A stretch of 63,612 nucleotides of DNA, counting the filler, from Olpidium bornovanus S191 (lineage: Eukaryota; Fungi; Olpidiomycota), in the NCBI GenBank assembly GCA_017911155.1. It is 26 parts of 26 records of this genome, joined end to end, with 100 filler letters (N's around TTAATTAATTAA, not from the genome) between each part and the next. Parts side by side here need not be neighbours in the genome. Positions count along the whole stretch, not along the records: positions 37,981 to 41,155 come from JAEFCI010001947.1; positions 41,256 to 44,680 come from JAEFCI010004850.1; positions 44,781 to 48,079 come from JAEFCI010001870.1; positions 48,180 to 50,022 come from JAEFCI010001013.1; positions 50,123 to 51,753 come from JAEFCI010006061.1; 21 more parts are not named here. One strand, 5' to 3'. Made by a program: the position numbers and the translations under genes. Below, piece by piece: positions 38,513-50,826 of this stretch (positions are counted from its first letter, which is position 1; each line of letters opens with the position of its first letter). The notes beneath the pieces are model-generated. The model saw only the letters and a list, made by a program, of their open reading frames with translations, made no database searches and was not told the DNA's origin.

Positions 38513-39515
38513 GAAACGGAGCGGCTCATCGCCGACCCAGCCCCGGGCATCAGTGCGACCCCGCACGAGGACAACCTTCGTTATTTCGACGTCGTCATCG
38601 CCGGCCCCACCCAGTCGCCGTTCGAAGGTCTGTGGGCCGGTGTTCAGGTCGGCGTTCGAATTCGCTCAGCTTCCCCCTCCCCACCCCCAAAGGGCCCCGC
38701 CGGGGTGCCCAGCAGAGAAATGCCACGCCGGGCCGCCGTTTAGGCGGCAAAGCAGAAAAATCACCTTTACCCGCTTAGAATCTTCTTATAATGGGATGGC
38801 GGCGACTTACGTGAGTTGATCGGCCTCCCACGGTGCTCCTTGTTTGGGGGTTTTTTTCTTTGTCATCCTCGGTTGCGCATTCCTTCCCATCGAGCAGGTG
38901 GCGTGTTCAAGTTGGAGCTTTTCCTTCCCTCGGAGTACCCTATGGCACCACCCAAAGTCCGGTTCTTGACGAAGATTTACCATCCAAATATCGACAAGCT
39001 TGGACGAATATGCCTTGACATCCTAAAAGGTTTGGGGGCCGACCCCCTTATCCAGTGTACTGCAACCCGGCTCCACTGTTGTTGTGACAGCGCGAAACAT
39101 GCCGGGTTTTTTGCCTTTTTCCTCCTGCCCCTTCCCCCACTTCTTCGTGTACTGCGGTTACAGAAAAGTGGTCGCCGGCCTTGCAGATTCGGACAGTGTT
39201 GCTTTCGATACAAGCCCTGCTGTCCGCGCCAAACCCCGACGACCCACTTGCGAACGACGTCGCCCAGCACTGGAAAGAGGACGCGAACGCCGCCATCGCA
39301 ACTGGTGGGTGGACGGCCCTTTTGAGTAGTGTGACACGCTGCTCCTAACTTGTCGTTATCGGGGAAAAAGGGCTGAACAATCTTCTTGCTTCTGTTTCGT
39401 GCTGGCAAAAACGGTTTCGCAATTCTGTTCAATTTCGACTTTCTTTGGCGACCTATATGCCACCCACCCCGTCCCCCCAGCCCGCCAATGGACAGCGAAT
39501 TACGCCCACGACTAA
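38513..39515 (+). CDS. UBC13: Ubiquitin-conjugating enzyme Ubc13/UBE2N; 4 exons seen, exon 1 not located
   Basis: [39 protein letters not shown]|[43 protein letters not shown]|[34 protein letters not shown]...|[11 protein letters not shown]. Confidence 0.95.
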
Positions 39516-39888
39516 AAAGAGGTAGGGACGGACGTTCCGGGGAGGTGTCCAGCCTCTCCGGGCCCTAAACACTCCGACGCCTTGGGTGTCCCTGTGGATT
39601 CGTTCACGGCTTTTAGCACACCCCGTCCTTCACCCCTCACTCCTCCCCCACAACCTCATCGTTCACGCTTCCTTCTTGTGTGCGCGTCGGGGTTTTTGTG
39701 AATCCCGCCCACCGCAGGGCATAAACGTGATCTCGAGTATCGAACAGGAATTACAAGTCCGCCTCACTTTAATGATGCCGGGACGGGGTTGTCTTGGCAC
39801 TTTCCTGCCTGGGATATTTACCAACATTTCTTCGACGGCCGTTCCTGCAATCGTCTCATTTCTCCCCCCACCCCCCCCCTGCCTTCCG

Positions 39889-39975
39889 CCCACCCGCCTC
39901 CTCACTTCCACTCCCAGCCTTCCCCCACCCGCCTCCTCACTTCCACTCCCAGCCTTCCCCCACCCGCCCTCCTCT
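39889..39975. repeat. 36-bp pyrimidine-rich direct repeat (2 full copies plus a partial)
   Basis: CCCACCCGCCTCCTCACTTCCACTCCCAGCCTTCC at 39889 and 39925. Confidence 0.85.
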
Positions 39976-41255
39976 TGCCCATCCTGTCCTGCCGGACGTG
40001 CCGTGGCTTCGCTGTCAAGGCGGGGTGTGGGGGGGGGGGGGGGGGGGGGGTTTGAGGGAGTTACCGTTCGTCTTTCCGAATGGAACCCGGCCGGTCCGCC
40101 ATGATTTTCCTGAAAAATCTAGGCGAAGTACATATCGTGTTTCTGGTTGCCTCCCCCCTTCCCTTTCCATGGCAAACAAAATTCTTTTCCTTTTCGGGCC
40201 GCCGCCGCCGCCGCGCGCGCGCGTGGTGAGGGGGCTCCCCATTACTTTCGCCGCTTTCGACCCCGAAACGACCGCACCTTCGTAAAGGCAGAGAGTGCGT
40301 TTGTCGCCGTTTTTTGAGGGGGAAGGGGGGGGCGGGGGGGCGGGGGGGCGGGGGAGCTGTTCACGAAGATATGATCGTCCGTTCTAAGTCCACGGAACCT
40401 TTGTTTTTTGTATTTGGCAGACGGGGAGCGCAGAATGTTTCACCTCATTTGTGCTCTGCCCATATTTCAACACCACTTCCCCCCACACGCCCTCCACCCT
40501 CCCCTCCCTCCCCTCCGCCGCCGTTGGACACTTGTTCTGGATACTGGTTTTTTACCCTGCGTTTGTGCGCTGGGGCGTATCCCCAACGGTCAGTTCTGCG
40601 CGAGTGCAAAAGAAAAAATGAGGAAGTAATGCTTCGGCCAAAGGTCCCCCCCCCCCCCCCCCCCCCCCCCCCCTGGGAAGCTTCCGTCCGGGGCCCTCTA
40701 CGTTCCGCGACGCCGCCCGAAGCGCGGCGCGGCTCGCGGCGCGTTCTGTTACGTCGAAAGAAACCCCGGTCGGGCGGCTTCACTGAAAGGCTCAAAAAAC
40801 GCATCCGCCCCCACTCCAACCTTGGCGTCCGACCTCAATCCTTGGCCCGTCCCTCACACACCCGCCGAATACAACGAGCTTCCAAACCCAAAAGCGAACA
40901 AGCCAATTTGCCTTCTTTGTCATTCGGGGCAAAGATCACTTTTTTTTCTTTTTTTTTTAAGTTCCCGAAATTGGAGTTATTCAGTGTACAGTAAAACCAG
41001 TAATTGCCGTCTTCGCTCTTCGGATCGCCGAATCCATGTTTTTCAGCAATTGCCGTCTTCGTTCGTCGGAGCAGATGTCCGACCTAAGATTCCCGAAGTT
41101 CAACGTTTCATCATCCGATAACATCTCCTTGAGACGCGCGACTTTCCTTTTCGTCNNNNNNNNNNNNNNNNNNNNNNNNNNNNNNNNNNNNNNNNNNNNT
41201 TAATTAATTAANNNNNNNNNNNNNNNNNNNNNNNNNNNNNNNNNNNNNNNNNNNN

Positions 41256-42314
41256 GGAACGAGCAGCACGAGCAGGCACTGGAGGGCTTGTCGGGGCGAG
41301 GTTCCTCGCACTGGGAGCAGGCGTCCCCGCAAGCCGTGGAGTATTACTCGGGGACCCGGTAGTTTCCACCGCAACCATGGCTGGGGTGTTCCGAGCCTCG
41401 TTGATGGGCGACCGAGTGATTCGGGCCGAGTTCGCGAAGCCATCTGGCAACTCATGGCGGCTGAGGTGCAAAAGCTTGGAGACCTCAGTCTCTGCTAGTG
41501 CAGTGCGCGGATCAGGATTCATCGTGAGAGACTCAGGAGCCGCAAAATTTAAGCAGGCAGCGCCATCAGAATTTCCCTCGGTACTTAGCTTAGGGAAAAT
41601 ATTCTCGTCAAATATGCAGTTGTCGAATCGGGCACACAGCAACTATCCAGTTGACGGGTCCAGGTAACGGATGATGCTCGGGGAATCAAATCCGACATAG
41701 ATGCCCTCTCGGTGTCGGGCGCGAACGTGCGCGACGGCGGCTGCGCGGCGGATGGCGCTTCCCGGTGGCGCGCGGGCGGCGATGCTGCTTGTGGTGACGG
41801 CGCGGCCGAGGCGCGACGGCGACGGCGGCCGTGACTTTCTCTCGGCGAAGCTTCTGAGGGCGAGCCCGGCGGAGAGGGCACACGGTGAGCAGGAAGCAGC
41901 GGGAGAGCGGAATGCCGACGCACACGGCGGCGGTGGCGGCGGCTCAGCGCAGCGCGACGGAGGCGGTGGCGGCACAGCGGTGGCGCGGTGGCGGCGGTGG
42001 CGGAGCGTGGTGCGGCGGCGGAGCGTGGTGCGGCGGCGGCGAAGGCGGAGCGACGATGGCGTGGTGCGCAGCGGCGACGAACGGCGGCGAAGCGCAGGGG
42101 CAAAGCTATGGGCGCTTGGCAATGATGCAGGCGCCGGCAATGGTGCTGATAACGTGTTGCGGTAAAAGGGGCTCTCTCTCTTCCGTCTTCCTTCCTCTCT
42201 CCTTTTCTCTTCCGTTGTTTGACGGCGGGAGGAAGAGCTCCAGGGGGAGCTCCCCTCCCGGTCTTGGCATCTTTGATCACGTGCCCGTAGAGCGTACTTT
42301 TTCGGTTCACAACA
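41256..42314 (-). mobile_element. Internally deleted Ty1/copia element (Bianca-like): 160-bp 5' LTR, PBS, leader and integrase C-terminal pseudo-ORF
   Basis: LTR 42314-42155 (TGTTGTG...CCGCAACA); PBS CGTTATCAGCACC (42154-42142); EGIYVGFDSPSIIRYLDPSTG*LLCARFDNCIFDENIFP...DPRTALAETEVSKLLHL...LPDGF, with an in-frame stop at 41643. Confidence 0.8.
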
Positions 42315-43659
42315 AAACCTAACATTTGCCGCACAGCCGCAGGACCGCGACGACTCCGTGTAGAAGCGTTGTCGAGGGAAAGATCCCTTTGAGACCGAAT
42401 CCGGGTCGCTAGCCGCAGTTGCGACCGTGGGGACAAACGATCGCTGCGAAACCACGTTCTCTCTCTGTTACGCGCGCAGATGCGGGGGTGGGAGAGCTAG
42501 TCTTCCGCGCGAAAAGGGACGTTAGGGAAGGCGCGACGAAGGCTCTGAGTGCGGGGTTGTGGCTGCCTGGGGAGGTCTTTGGAAGTGGGCGGCGAGACTA
42601 ATTTCGCCGTACACCGGGGTAGGACTTGTTTTTCCTTCGACGCGTTCTTTGGGGTGTGGAGCATTCTGATGATCACGCGAACCGCCAAATCGCACTGTTC
42701 ACAGCAGTTTACACCCGGAACACAGTTCGTTCGTTTTCGTCCGTTTTGCTCACGGGGTCTTTCGCTGCGCCTCCGCCTCCTTTCCCGGTCTCCGGAAAGC
42801 CAAAACACACGCGGAGAAAAAGGAAGGAGGTTGGGGGGTGTGTGTGTGTGTGTGTGTGCATTACGCGGAGGAATCTTGAGGGAATCAGTAAAACGAGGGG
42901 GGAAATCCCCCGAGGCGTAAGCGCGTGCGTGCGCTTCGGCGGCATTCCCCCCCCCCCCCCCCCGCCGTTTCCGGTCTCCAGAAGTCAGTGGGTTGGGGAG
43001 GGATGAACCCGAAAAAAAAATTATAGTTCATGTATCACCCGATCTGATTCTGCTTCGCATATGCCCCACATGGTATGCGCCAGACATGGTGTACGATTCC
43101 GAATACTGTGCAGTTCCAGGGCCCCGTGGAAGGGGGGAGAGAGGTGCGGTGGGGCGAGGACGTGTTGAGGTGTGCAGCAGCTGTTGCCGCGCGGCGCGGA
43201 GACACCTTGGTTCACGGTTGGTTTTTTTTTTCTCACCGTTTTCTCCCTCTTTCTCCGCCCGCCCCGCACCGCACACCCCGCGCAACCGCCACGCCCCGAC
43301 TCTCCACAGAGGGTCCTTCCCCATTTCCTTCCCCCCGGATTTTTCGCCATCTCTCATTCTCTGTCTTACCTCCATCAATCCCCCTCCACCCCCCCCCCTT
43401 TCCTCTTTCTCTCACTCTCTCACTCTCTCGCTCTTTCTCTGTCTTTCTCTCTCTCTTTCTCTCTCGCCCCCCGGGCCGCAGGGACGCGCACGAGCGCGCG
43501 GAGCCTGGATTTCTGTCGGGAGGCGGCGCACCAGCGCGCGGGGTAAGGCGGGAAGGCGCAAAAACAAAAAACAAAAAAAAAAAAAAAAAAAAAAAGAACG
43601 GCGACGCTCGACGGCCGGCCGGCCCAGCAAGCAGAGGCGGTGCGCCGAGTACCGAGAGG

Positions 43660-43910
43660 ATGCGCGGAAGCCTGCTCGAGTCGGTCGTGCCGGACCTGCA
43701 GGTGGCGAGAGAGGCGGCTCTGCTGGGCCAGTACGACAACTCCCTCGTCTACTACGACTCGGTCCAACAGGCCGTCCAGGGGTGCGTCGCGCGCGGCTCC
43801 AAAAGAAGAGGGGAAAAAAAAATAAAGAAGAAGGAGGCTTTTCCGCGCTCTCGGGACAACCCCCGCGCCATCCTCGATCCCCGCTTACCGAAGCGGGATC
43901 TTTCGCGGCC

Positions 43911-43942
<32 letters not shown>

Positions 43943-44680
43943 CTTTTTTGCTGGACGCGGTCTGCGCCGGAACGCGCGCGCGCGCGCGGCCTGCCGCCGC
44001 GGGGTTTCCCGCAAACCCTCGGGGGAAAAAAAATCAGGAACATTCCCACGATCGCCGACCCGGAGACGAGGGTGAAGTGGCAAAAGCTGAAGGAAAAACT
44101 CACCCTGGAAATGCAATACGTGAAGGACATCAACCTCGAGCTCGCCAGTTTTAAAGTCGGTGTCTCCCGCCCTCTCCCCCCACCCCCTTCCGCTCTGGGA
44201 ATCGGATTCCGTCCGGCCGAAGTTCCGCGGGGCGAAAAACCTCCGGCATTATGACTTTCCCCCTCCTCACCTCGGCGCTCTGCTGATGCCGGTTTCCCAA
44301 ACGCGCTATTGCTGTCAGCGCGTGGACTACGGTCCGCGATTTTCGAGTTCCCGGTCAACGTCTTTCGACAGGCTTGACGCGTACGACGATCCGGACGTTT
44401 GGCCGCCACCCACGCCTGTCTCCCAGCCGACAAGGCCGGTACCGAAAAAAGGCGAGCGGCAGCAGGAAATCCGACATATCCGGCCGGCGCTCGGAGCGGG
44501 TTTCGCAGAAACGCCGCCTTACATTTTGTTTTTGCACGGATTTTTTTTTTGGTTTAGACAACACCCCCGCTTGGGCGAGAAACGCCAGAAACGCGGCGGC
44601 GGGAACGACCAAAGCGGGGACGCCGCCAACGAGACCGTCTAAGGTTAGAAAACCGATATTTTTCCTGCCTTCCCGGTTAA
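43660..44680 (+). CDS. KATNA1: Katanin p60 catalytic subunit, N-terminal part, 3'-partial
   Basis: MIT-like AREAALLGQYDNSLVYYD...RVKWQKLKEKLTLEMQYVKDINLELASFK, the hallmark DPDVWPPPTP, and PAWAR. Confidence 0.9.
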
Positions 44681-44896
44681 NNNNNNNNNNNNNNNNNNNN
44701 NNNNNNNNNNNNNNNNNNNNNNNNTTAATTAATTAANNNNNNNNNNNNNNNNNNNNNNNNNNNNNNNNNNNNNNNNNNNNCATGAAAACGGCCGTCTGAC
44801 GGCGTAACTAAACTTCGCTTATCACCAACGACTCTTCCCTCTCCACAACAACGCCGCGAGCGCGAAGCTTTTGACGATAGCCAGTCGGAGAATTCT

Positions 44897-47430
44897 TCAA
44901 ATCTCCGCGCCCCTCCCCTTCTGCCTCATCTGCCATTCCCACAAGCTCCTCGGCTCGACGTGGCTGCCCCTGGACACCACAAGCGCGCTCTCTCCTGGAA
45001 ACGTCGGACGGTGCTCGGGACCCACGTTGCCGACGACGAAGTGGGACGCGAACGGTGGGGACTGAAACGTGCATCGCCTTCCACAGGTCCAAAACACAGA
45101 AGAAAAAAAAAGGAAGGAAAAAGATATTAGACCTCAACCTGTGTTCGCAAGTTGGCTTTCGCTACAAACGGCGAGAAACTTATTGATCAAAACAGCGAGA
45201 GTAGCAAAGAAAACAAAACAAAAAAAAGAGGAAAGAAAACAAAAGAAACCGAACGCGCCGTCTAAAACGTACCGACACTCGCAATTCCAGTACACGTGGA
45301 AAGCACCTGGTCGCATCGGAACAGACGAGAGTTGAGCGGCTTTTCCGCACAAACCCTCCTTTCTCGCAGCGCCGGGTAAGACGCTTGCGGGCCGTTCGCC
45401 CGCTCCTCCCCTCCCCCCCCCCACCCCCCGGTGATTGCGCGAAAGAGAAAACGACGCACCGGCCCACCCGTGACCGGTGCCGAGGTAGCTTCTGTTCATG
45501 CAGTTCAATTGGCCGCCGACGCGGACGCAGTCGTACAAGATTCCCGTCGCCCAGCGGTGGTGCGGCCCGGAATCGGCAAAGTCCTGCTCGCTGATGCAGT
45601 CGACGAAGGCGTTTGGCCCCCGGACCTGAAGAAATACATCCGTACCCCCCCCCCCCCCCCCCCCCCCCAACCCAGCGCGCAGGCCTCATTAGTCCACCAT
45701 CCGGAGATCGCGGAGCAAGAGAAGTCATAAAGCAAAAGGTCTAAATTTGGAACCCGATTCCCGTCTCGTGCATGTCCTCCCCGCACCTTGCTGCTTGTGA
45801 CGAACGCGTGACGCGCCAGCCGCGATCGGCACGTCCGGACGAGGATTTCCGTCCCATCAATCTCAAACCCGTAACGCCGGCCGCCTTCGTATCCGACAAA
45901 TATTTGGATTTGGCCGCTCTGTCAGCCACCCGTGTCCCACCTTGCCCGGCGGTCAAACAAAAACGTATTTCGAAAACCCTTACCAGCCAGTTTCGAGACT
46001 GCCCGCGAAGAATCGCAGTTTTTAAGGCGTGCAACACGCGGCAGAAATGAGTAGAATGCAATTTTCGACGATGAAACGTCCGAGAAACGACGTCTTAAGA
46101 GGCTAGAACCTACCAGGATCGATGAACAAGCAACTTAATATTGTGCATCTGCGCGCACAATAACCCGCTCTGAATCCGGACAGGAAGTGGGTGGCAGTCA
46201 CGCTGCGGACCCAGCAGTCCTGACAGTGATCAAGCTGCACGGCGAGCTTTCCGCGTGCACAAGGAAACCCGGCGCCAAAGTTACACCCGGGACCGGCCAG
46301 AGTTGCTTGCTCGCTTCACGGCTATATTTTCCAACACCCGCCCCACCCCCTCCACCCCGGTTTCCAAGACGTTGACGGCCTCTTATCGGGCTTCCTGACC
46401 TTCCGGTCAGCACACAATAAAAATAACCCACAGTGCAATGGTCCTCGTCGTCTCTCTCGCGTCCGAGCTCGTACTCTGAAACGAGTTTGATGTTTTCCAC
46501 GCCTATCATGTTCGCGGGCACGGTTGGCGTCCACGCGCACTTGTAGACAACGCCCCCTCCAAATGTGTCTCTGAGGTCCATTGCCAGCCCCGGTTCCACA
46601 TCGACGTACTCCCTTCCGCACGGTTCTCGCCCCATTCCAACAACTACCCTCTCTTGTTCTATGCCGTACTTTTTTGCGTCCCACTGGGTGCTGGGTGCGC
46701 CGTTGTCGGGCCGTGGTGGGATAGCGTCCATCCCGATGGCGTGAATCCACTCAGACGTGCCCGGTCTGGATACGACCAGATAATCGCCGACTTTCAGACC
46801 GGGCACTCTTTCGGCGATGTGAAGGCGGCGCGAGCCCACGGGCACATGATTGTCCGTGACCGGCACCTTTTTTGATATTGGCTGCAGTTTACGTCCGGCG
46901 GGGTCTGACCCGACGGCGATCAGCGTCCTCCGGGACCTGCCGGTGGCTATGATCACGGCGCCATCTTCGCCCCGGAGGACAACCCCCGAGTGTCGGACAC
47001 TGATGGACGACGAGACGCGGTAAATGCCTGCGCGCAGCAGGACTGTGCCGCGGAAGTAACCCCTCGGGCTCAGGGAGCCGGCCGCGTCGATGGCAGACTG
47101 AATCCGCGCGGCGTCGTCGCCGCCGCCGCAAGGTGACGCGGGGCACACCGTGCTCGCCACGGGGGGCAGGGCCGAGGGCAGGCGCGACCCCGCGCGGAAA
47201 CCGCAGGTGGCGAAGTCGGGGAAGCGGTTCCCGTACGCGTCGCGCACATCGAAGGGGTCGTTCGGGCCGTTCACAGCAGCTGCGCCGGGGGACGCCGTCT
47301 CCTTTTCCGGAAGCAGCGGCCCCGTTTCGCCGCAGTCGCCACCCGCATCTGCGTTCGCCGAAGGGCTTCCAAGGCACCCGTCGGCCAACGACGAGGCAGC
47401 GGCGACCAGCGCTTTGACTACCCGTTCCAT
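44897..47430 (-). CDS. Pectate-lyase-fold (right-handed beta-helix) protein of a bacterial-type family, at least 5 introns; possible extra 5' exon near 47690-47900
   Basis: PDFATCGFRAG; GDDAARIQSAID; GTVLLRAGIY; GVVLRGE; EDHCT|LAVQLDHCQDCWVRSVTATHF; GGRRYGFEIDG...RHAFVTSSK|VRGPNAFVDC; SGPHHRWATGILYD; NRSYLGTGHGWAG|AFHVYWNC; QSPP...SLWEWQM*. Confidence 0.8.
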
Positions 47431-48179
47431 CGGTTGGCGTTTACGCGTTCAAGCGCAAGTCACTCTGCGAAAGCACTCAGTCCTGTACGCGGGCCGGCCC
47501 GCTCGACGACCTTTGATCCACTCGCCGATTATTATTATTATTATTATTATATTTTTTTTTTTTTTTTTTTTTTGTGAGGGGAAGTTTGTCGGAACCGCTG
47601 TGGAATGGGAGCCCGCCACGTCAGGCGGACGGTCCGCGACTGCGTCACATCGGTGAACTCGCGCGTTGCGTATCTGCAAAACCTTGGTCATCCGGTTAGT
47701 TTACACAATTCAGAATAAAATTGCAAGTACAAGATGTTTTCCGTGTTGGTGGCCAAAGGCTTATAACTAAGTAGAAGGACAAAAGACAGAAGGACGGAAG
47801 GAAGCCGGAGGTAACGGCACTTCCCTCCGCCAGGCCCACGCTTTCTCTGGTGCAAAGAACGAATGGACTTCACGTGCTTTGCACACGCCACATGGCAAAA
47901 CAAATAAGCGATTCCGCAAGAAACTCCAAAATATTCCGACCACGGGACTGATGTTTATCATGTGGAAAAGCAACTGCTGGCATCAAGTTGGGCCCCACAG
48001 GGGAAACAAACACCCCTCTCCACACAATATACGCCACTGTCGGCAGCCCGAATTATTATCAACCGACGGGATTAGTCGANNNNNNNNNNNNNNNNNNNNN
48101 NNNNNNNNNNNNNNNNNNNNNNNTTAATTAATTAANNNNNNNNNNNNNNNNNNNNNNNNNNNNNNNNNNNNNNNNNNNN

Positions 48180-50022
48180 CATGCATCGCCCTGTACGACA
48201 GAGTTTTTGGAGTCTTTCGCTTCGCCTCCGTTGCCTTCTTTTCGGCTTTTCCCGTGCCGCATCTGTTCTGCAGCGACATCGAGATTATTCTGCTCCCAGA
48301 GCGCGGGAATCAAACCTTCTCCTTGCGGCTCCTCGCGCGAGTCTTTGGCCGGATCCGTTGCGCTGACAACTACCTCTTCCTCAAGGTCATCGCCGACCAG
48401 ATTGCGAAAACTCTCTTCGTCAAAAAAAGTACGTTCGGTCTCGGGAACGGCGTCGGCCCCGCGGTATCGCAGAGACGCCGCCGCCGGACCGTATCCGGCG
48501 GGCCGTTCCCAAACGACCTCGCCTCCCTCTCCTGTTGGCGGATCACCGCCCTCGCCGACTTCGGCCTTCCTACGTTCCTCATCAGCCCGCCTCTGCGCTG
48601 CGGCAGCGGAGGATGCCATGGAGGCCGAGTAGGTCGTGTCGCGGTGACGCAGGTGCCGTGTTCGCGCGTGCCGTCGCCGACCGGCGCGACCGACGTCCGG
48701 CAGCAACGACAGCCCCGAGTATTGTCTGGAGTGCCTACCTCGTCGATGGCTATCCGGAAGGCGGTTCGAAAGCACCGGCTCCGAATCGAGGTAGGACGTA
48801 ACCGAGATGGTTTGCGTGGGCAGATCTGACGCCTCGTACAAGGGCCTGTACGTTCCTCTCGGCGGCGTCAGGCTAGAGGCGACCTCCGCTACTCCTGTCT
48901 TACCCGGCGGTTCTGCCATGTCCGCGTTTGCGTCGGGAAGCGCTAAGCCTTCGGATTTACCGCCATTCTCGGTGGACTCGGGGACAATATGCACAACGGC
49001 GGAACGCGGGATGGACCCAATAGAAAATAGATCCTTCGTTGCCAGCGTCCCCAGTGTCCCGCTCTCTCCGACATTACTGGCAGTTGGAGGAATAGGCGCG
49101 CTTTCCGGAGGCATTGGATCCGTAGACACTGTAGCATCGCGTACGGTCGGCGCAAGCAAATGCGGCGGAAGGAAGACAAAAGAGGTATTCGCGCTGCGTT
49201 CCACGGTCTCGGGGCGCAGTAACGGGCCCACAGCGTTGTCGTTTTCGTGAACCGGCGCAAATGCGTTCCCGCTCGGTTGCAAGAACGTCGTATTGGTCCC
49301 GACATCCAGGCAACGTACTTGGCGAGTTGGTGTGACAGCATAAGCAGCGCCATGTGAAGAGACAGCCATCAGCTGCCGTCTCAGCGTCTCCATCTGCTGC
49401 TGCAGCAAGGTCAGACAAAACTGCTGCTGCACCAACATTAACTCTGCAGGAGTGTTGTTAGCCTGAGCGGACATGCCGTTGTTGGCGAACCCCGGAATCG
49501 TCATGTGGGGAAAACCCTGGAACGGCATCTGCAGGAAATTAGGTGACGGCGCGGTTTCTTGGGGTACCGGCGGTGCGTGGCCAGGCGGATTGTCTGGTGC
49601 CGGAACAACTTCAGGTAACGTTGTGCCTTGGCCGTCGAGAGGACTCGTAGAACGATCATTTTCGCTAATTTGCGGGGACTCATGACCTCCTTTGTCATCC
49701 TCTTCCGTTTTCGGATTATCGGCCGCACAGGTTTCCGGGAGAGTTCTGCCAAACAGAATTAAACGTTGAAAGCCTTACAGATATTCTCAATTCGAACGCC
49801 TCACTTACAATCCCCAAACTTGCTTCGCCGCCGCAGCGAGGGGAAGGTTGCATCGAGCAGGGAGTGGAACAAGGCGAACACTGGTTTCACCCAGCGAAAT
49901 CGAATTGTGATTCTCCTCAGCCGCATCGTCCTCGACCTCGTCGCCTTGACGCACCACAGCAGTGTCTTCTTTTGTCAGGCTAGACTGAGTGACAACGCCT
50001 CCGTCGGTATGAACAAAACATG
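48180..50022 (-). CDS. Internal fragment of a large, mostly disordered hypothetical protein with a short coiled coil
   Basis: An open frame of more than 450 codons (48180 to ~49750) and an upstream exon ending at a GTAAGT donor near 49810; QQQFCLTLLQQQMETLRRQL. Confidence 0.6.
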
Positions 50023-50781
50023 NNNNNNNNNNNNNNNNNNNNNNNNNNNNNNNNNNNNNNNNNNNNTTAATTAATTAANNNNNNNNNNNNNNNNNNNNNN
50101 NNNNNNNNNNNNNNNNNNNNNNAGACAGTACTTCGTTTGCTCCCACGTGCCCGTTCGATCTCGACGTTCTAACGTGCGATGTGCTGCAGAGATAAACACG
50201 TTGCTTTCTGGAATCGAAAAGCTCACGTCCCGCCATCTCATGGTCAAATTTCGAAAGATAACTCTTGCGTATTTTTTTGTGATGGAAAAGCCCTCGTCCC
50301 TGTGACTCTCTCGCGCATTGTGGAAATCGCCCCAGGACGCCGTATCATCTCTGCCGGGGCTCATTATTGACGGGCGGCCCTGGTCGCACTGTCAGCATGG
50401 TCGAAGACACAAGCGCAAACAGGCACTCAAGGAACCACCCAAGCACCACCTCAAGCCCCACTCTCGCGCCCTCGCCCCGCGCAAGCGCCAATCGTCCAGC
50501 TTGGTCACTGCCCAAATCCTAACGTCCTCAATGAGGAAACTCCAACCCGCGTCATCTTGAGAGGCTCGCGCCCGGCGAGGCGGCGCGAAAGACAGGCCCT
50601 TCGCCGGACCTTTTGCAAACAGCCGACAAGTTTCGGCGGGGTCGCACGCAGCATCCAGATGCGACGACGCCGGTTCCTGCCTTCGCGTCCTTTGGCACGC
50701 CCTCTCGCGCATCTGCGGAATCATCGCCCCGCGAGCTCAGCGTTTGACATCGCCTTCAATCTCACACCTTTTTCGACCGTC

Positions 50782-50826
<45 letters not shown>

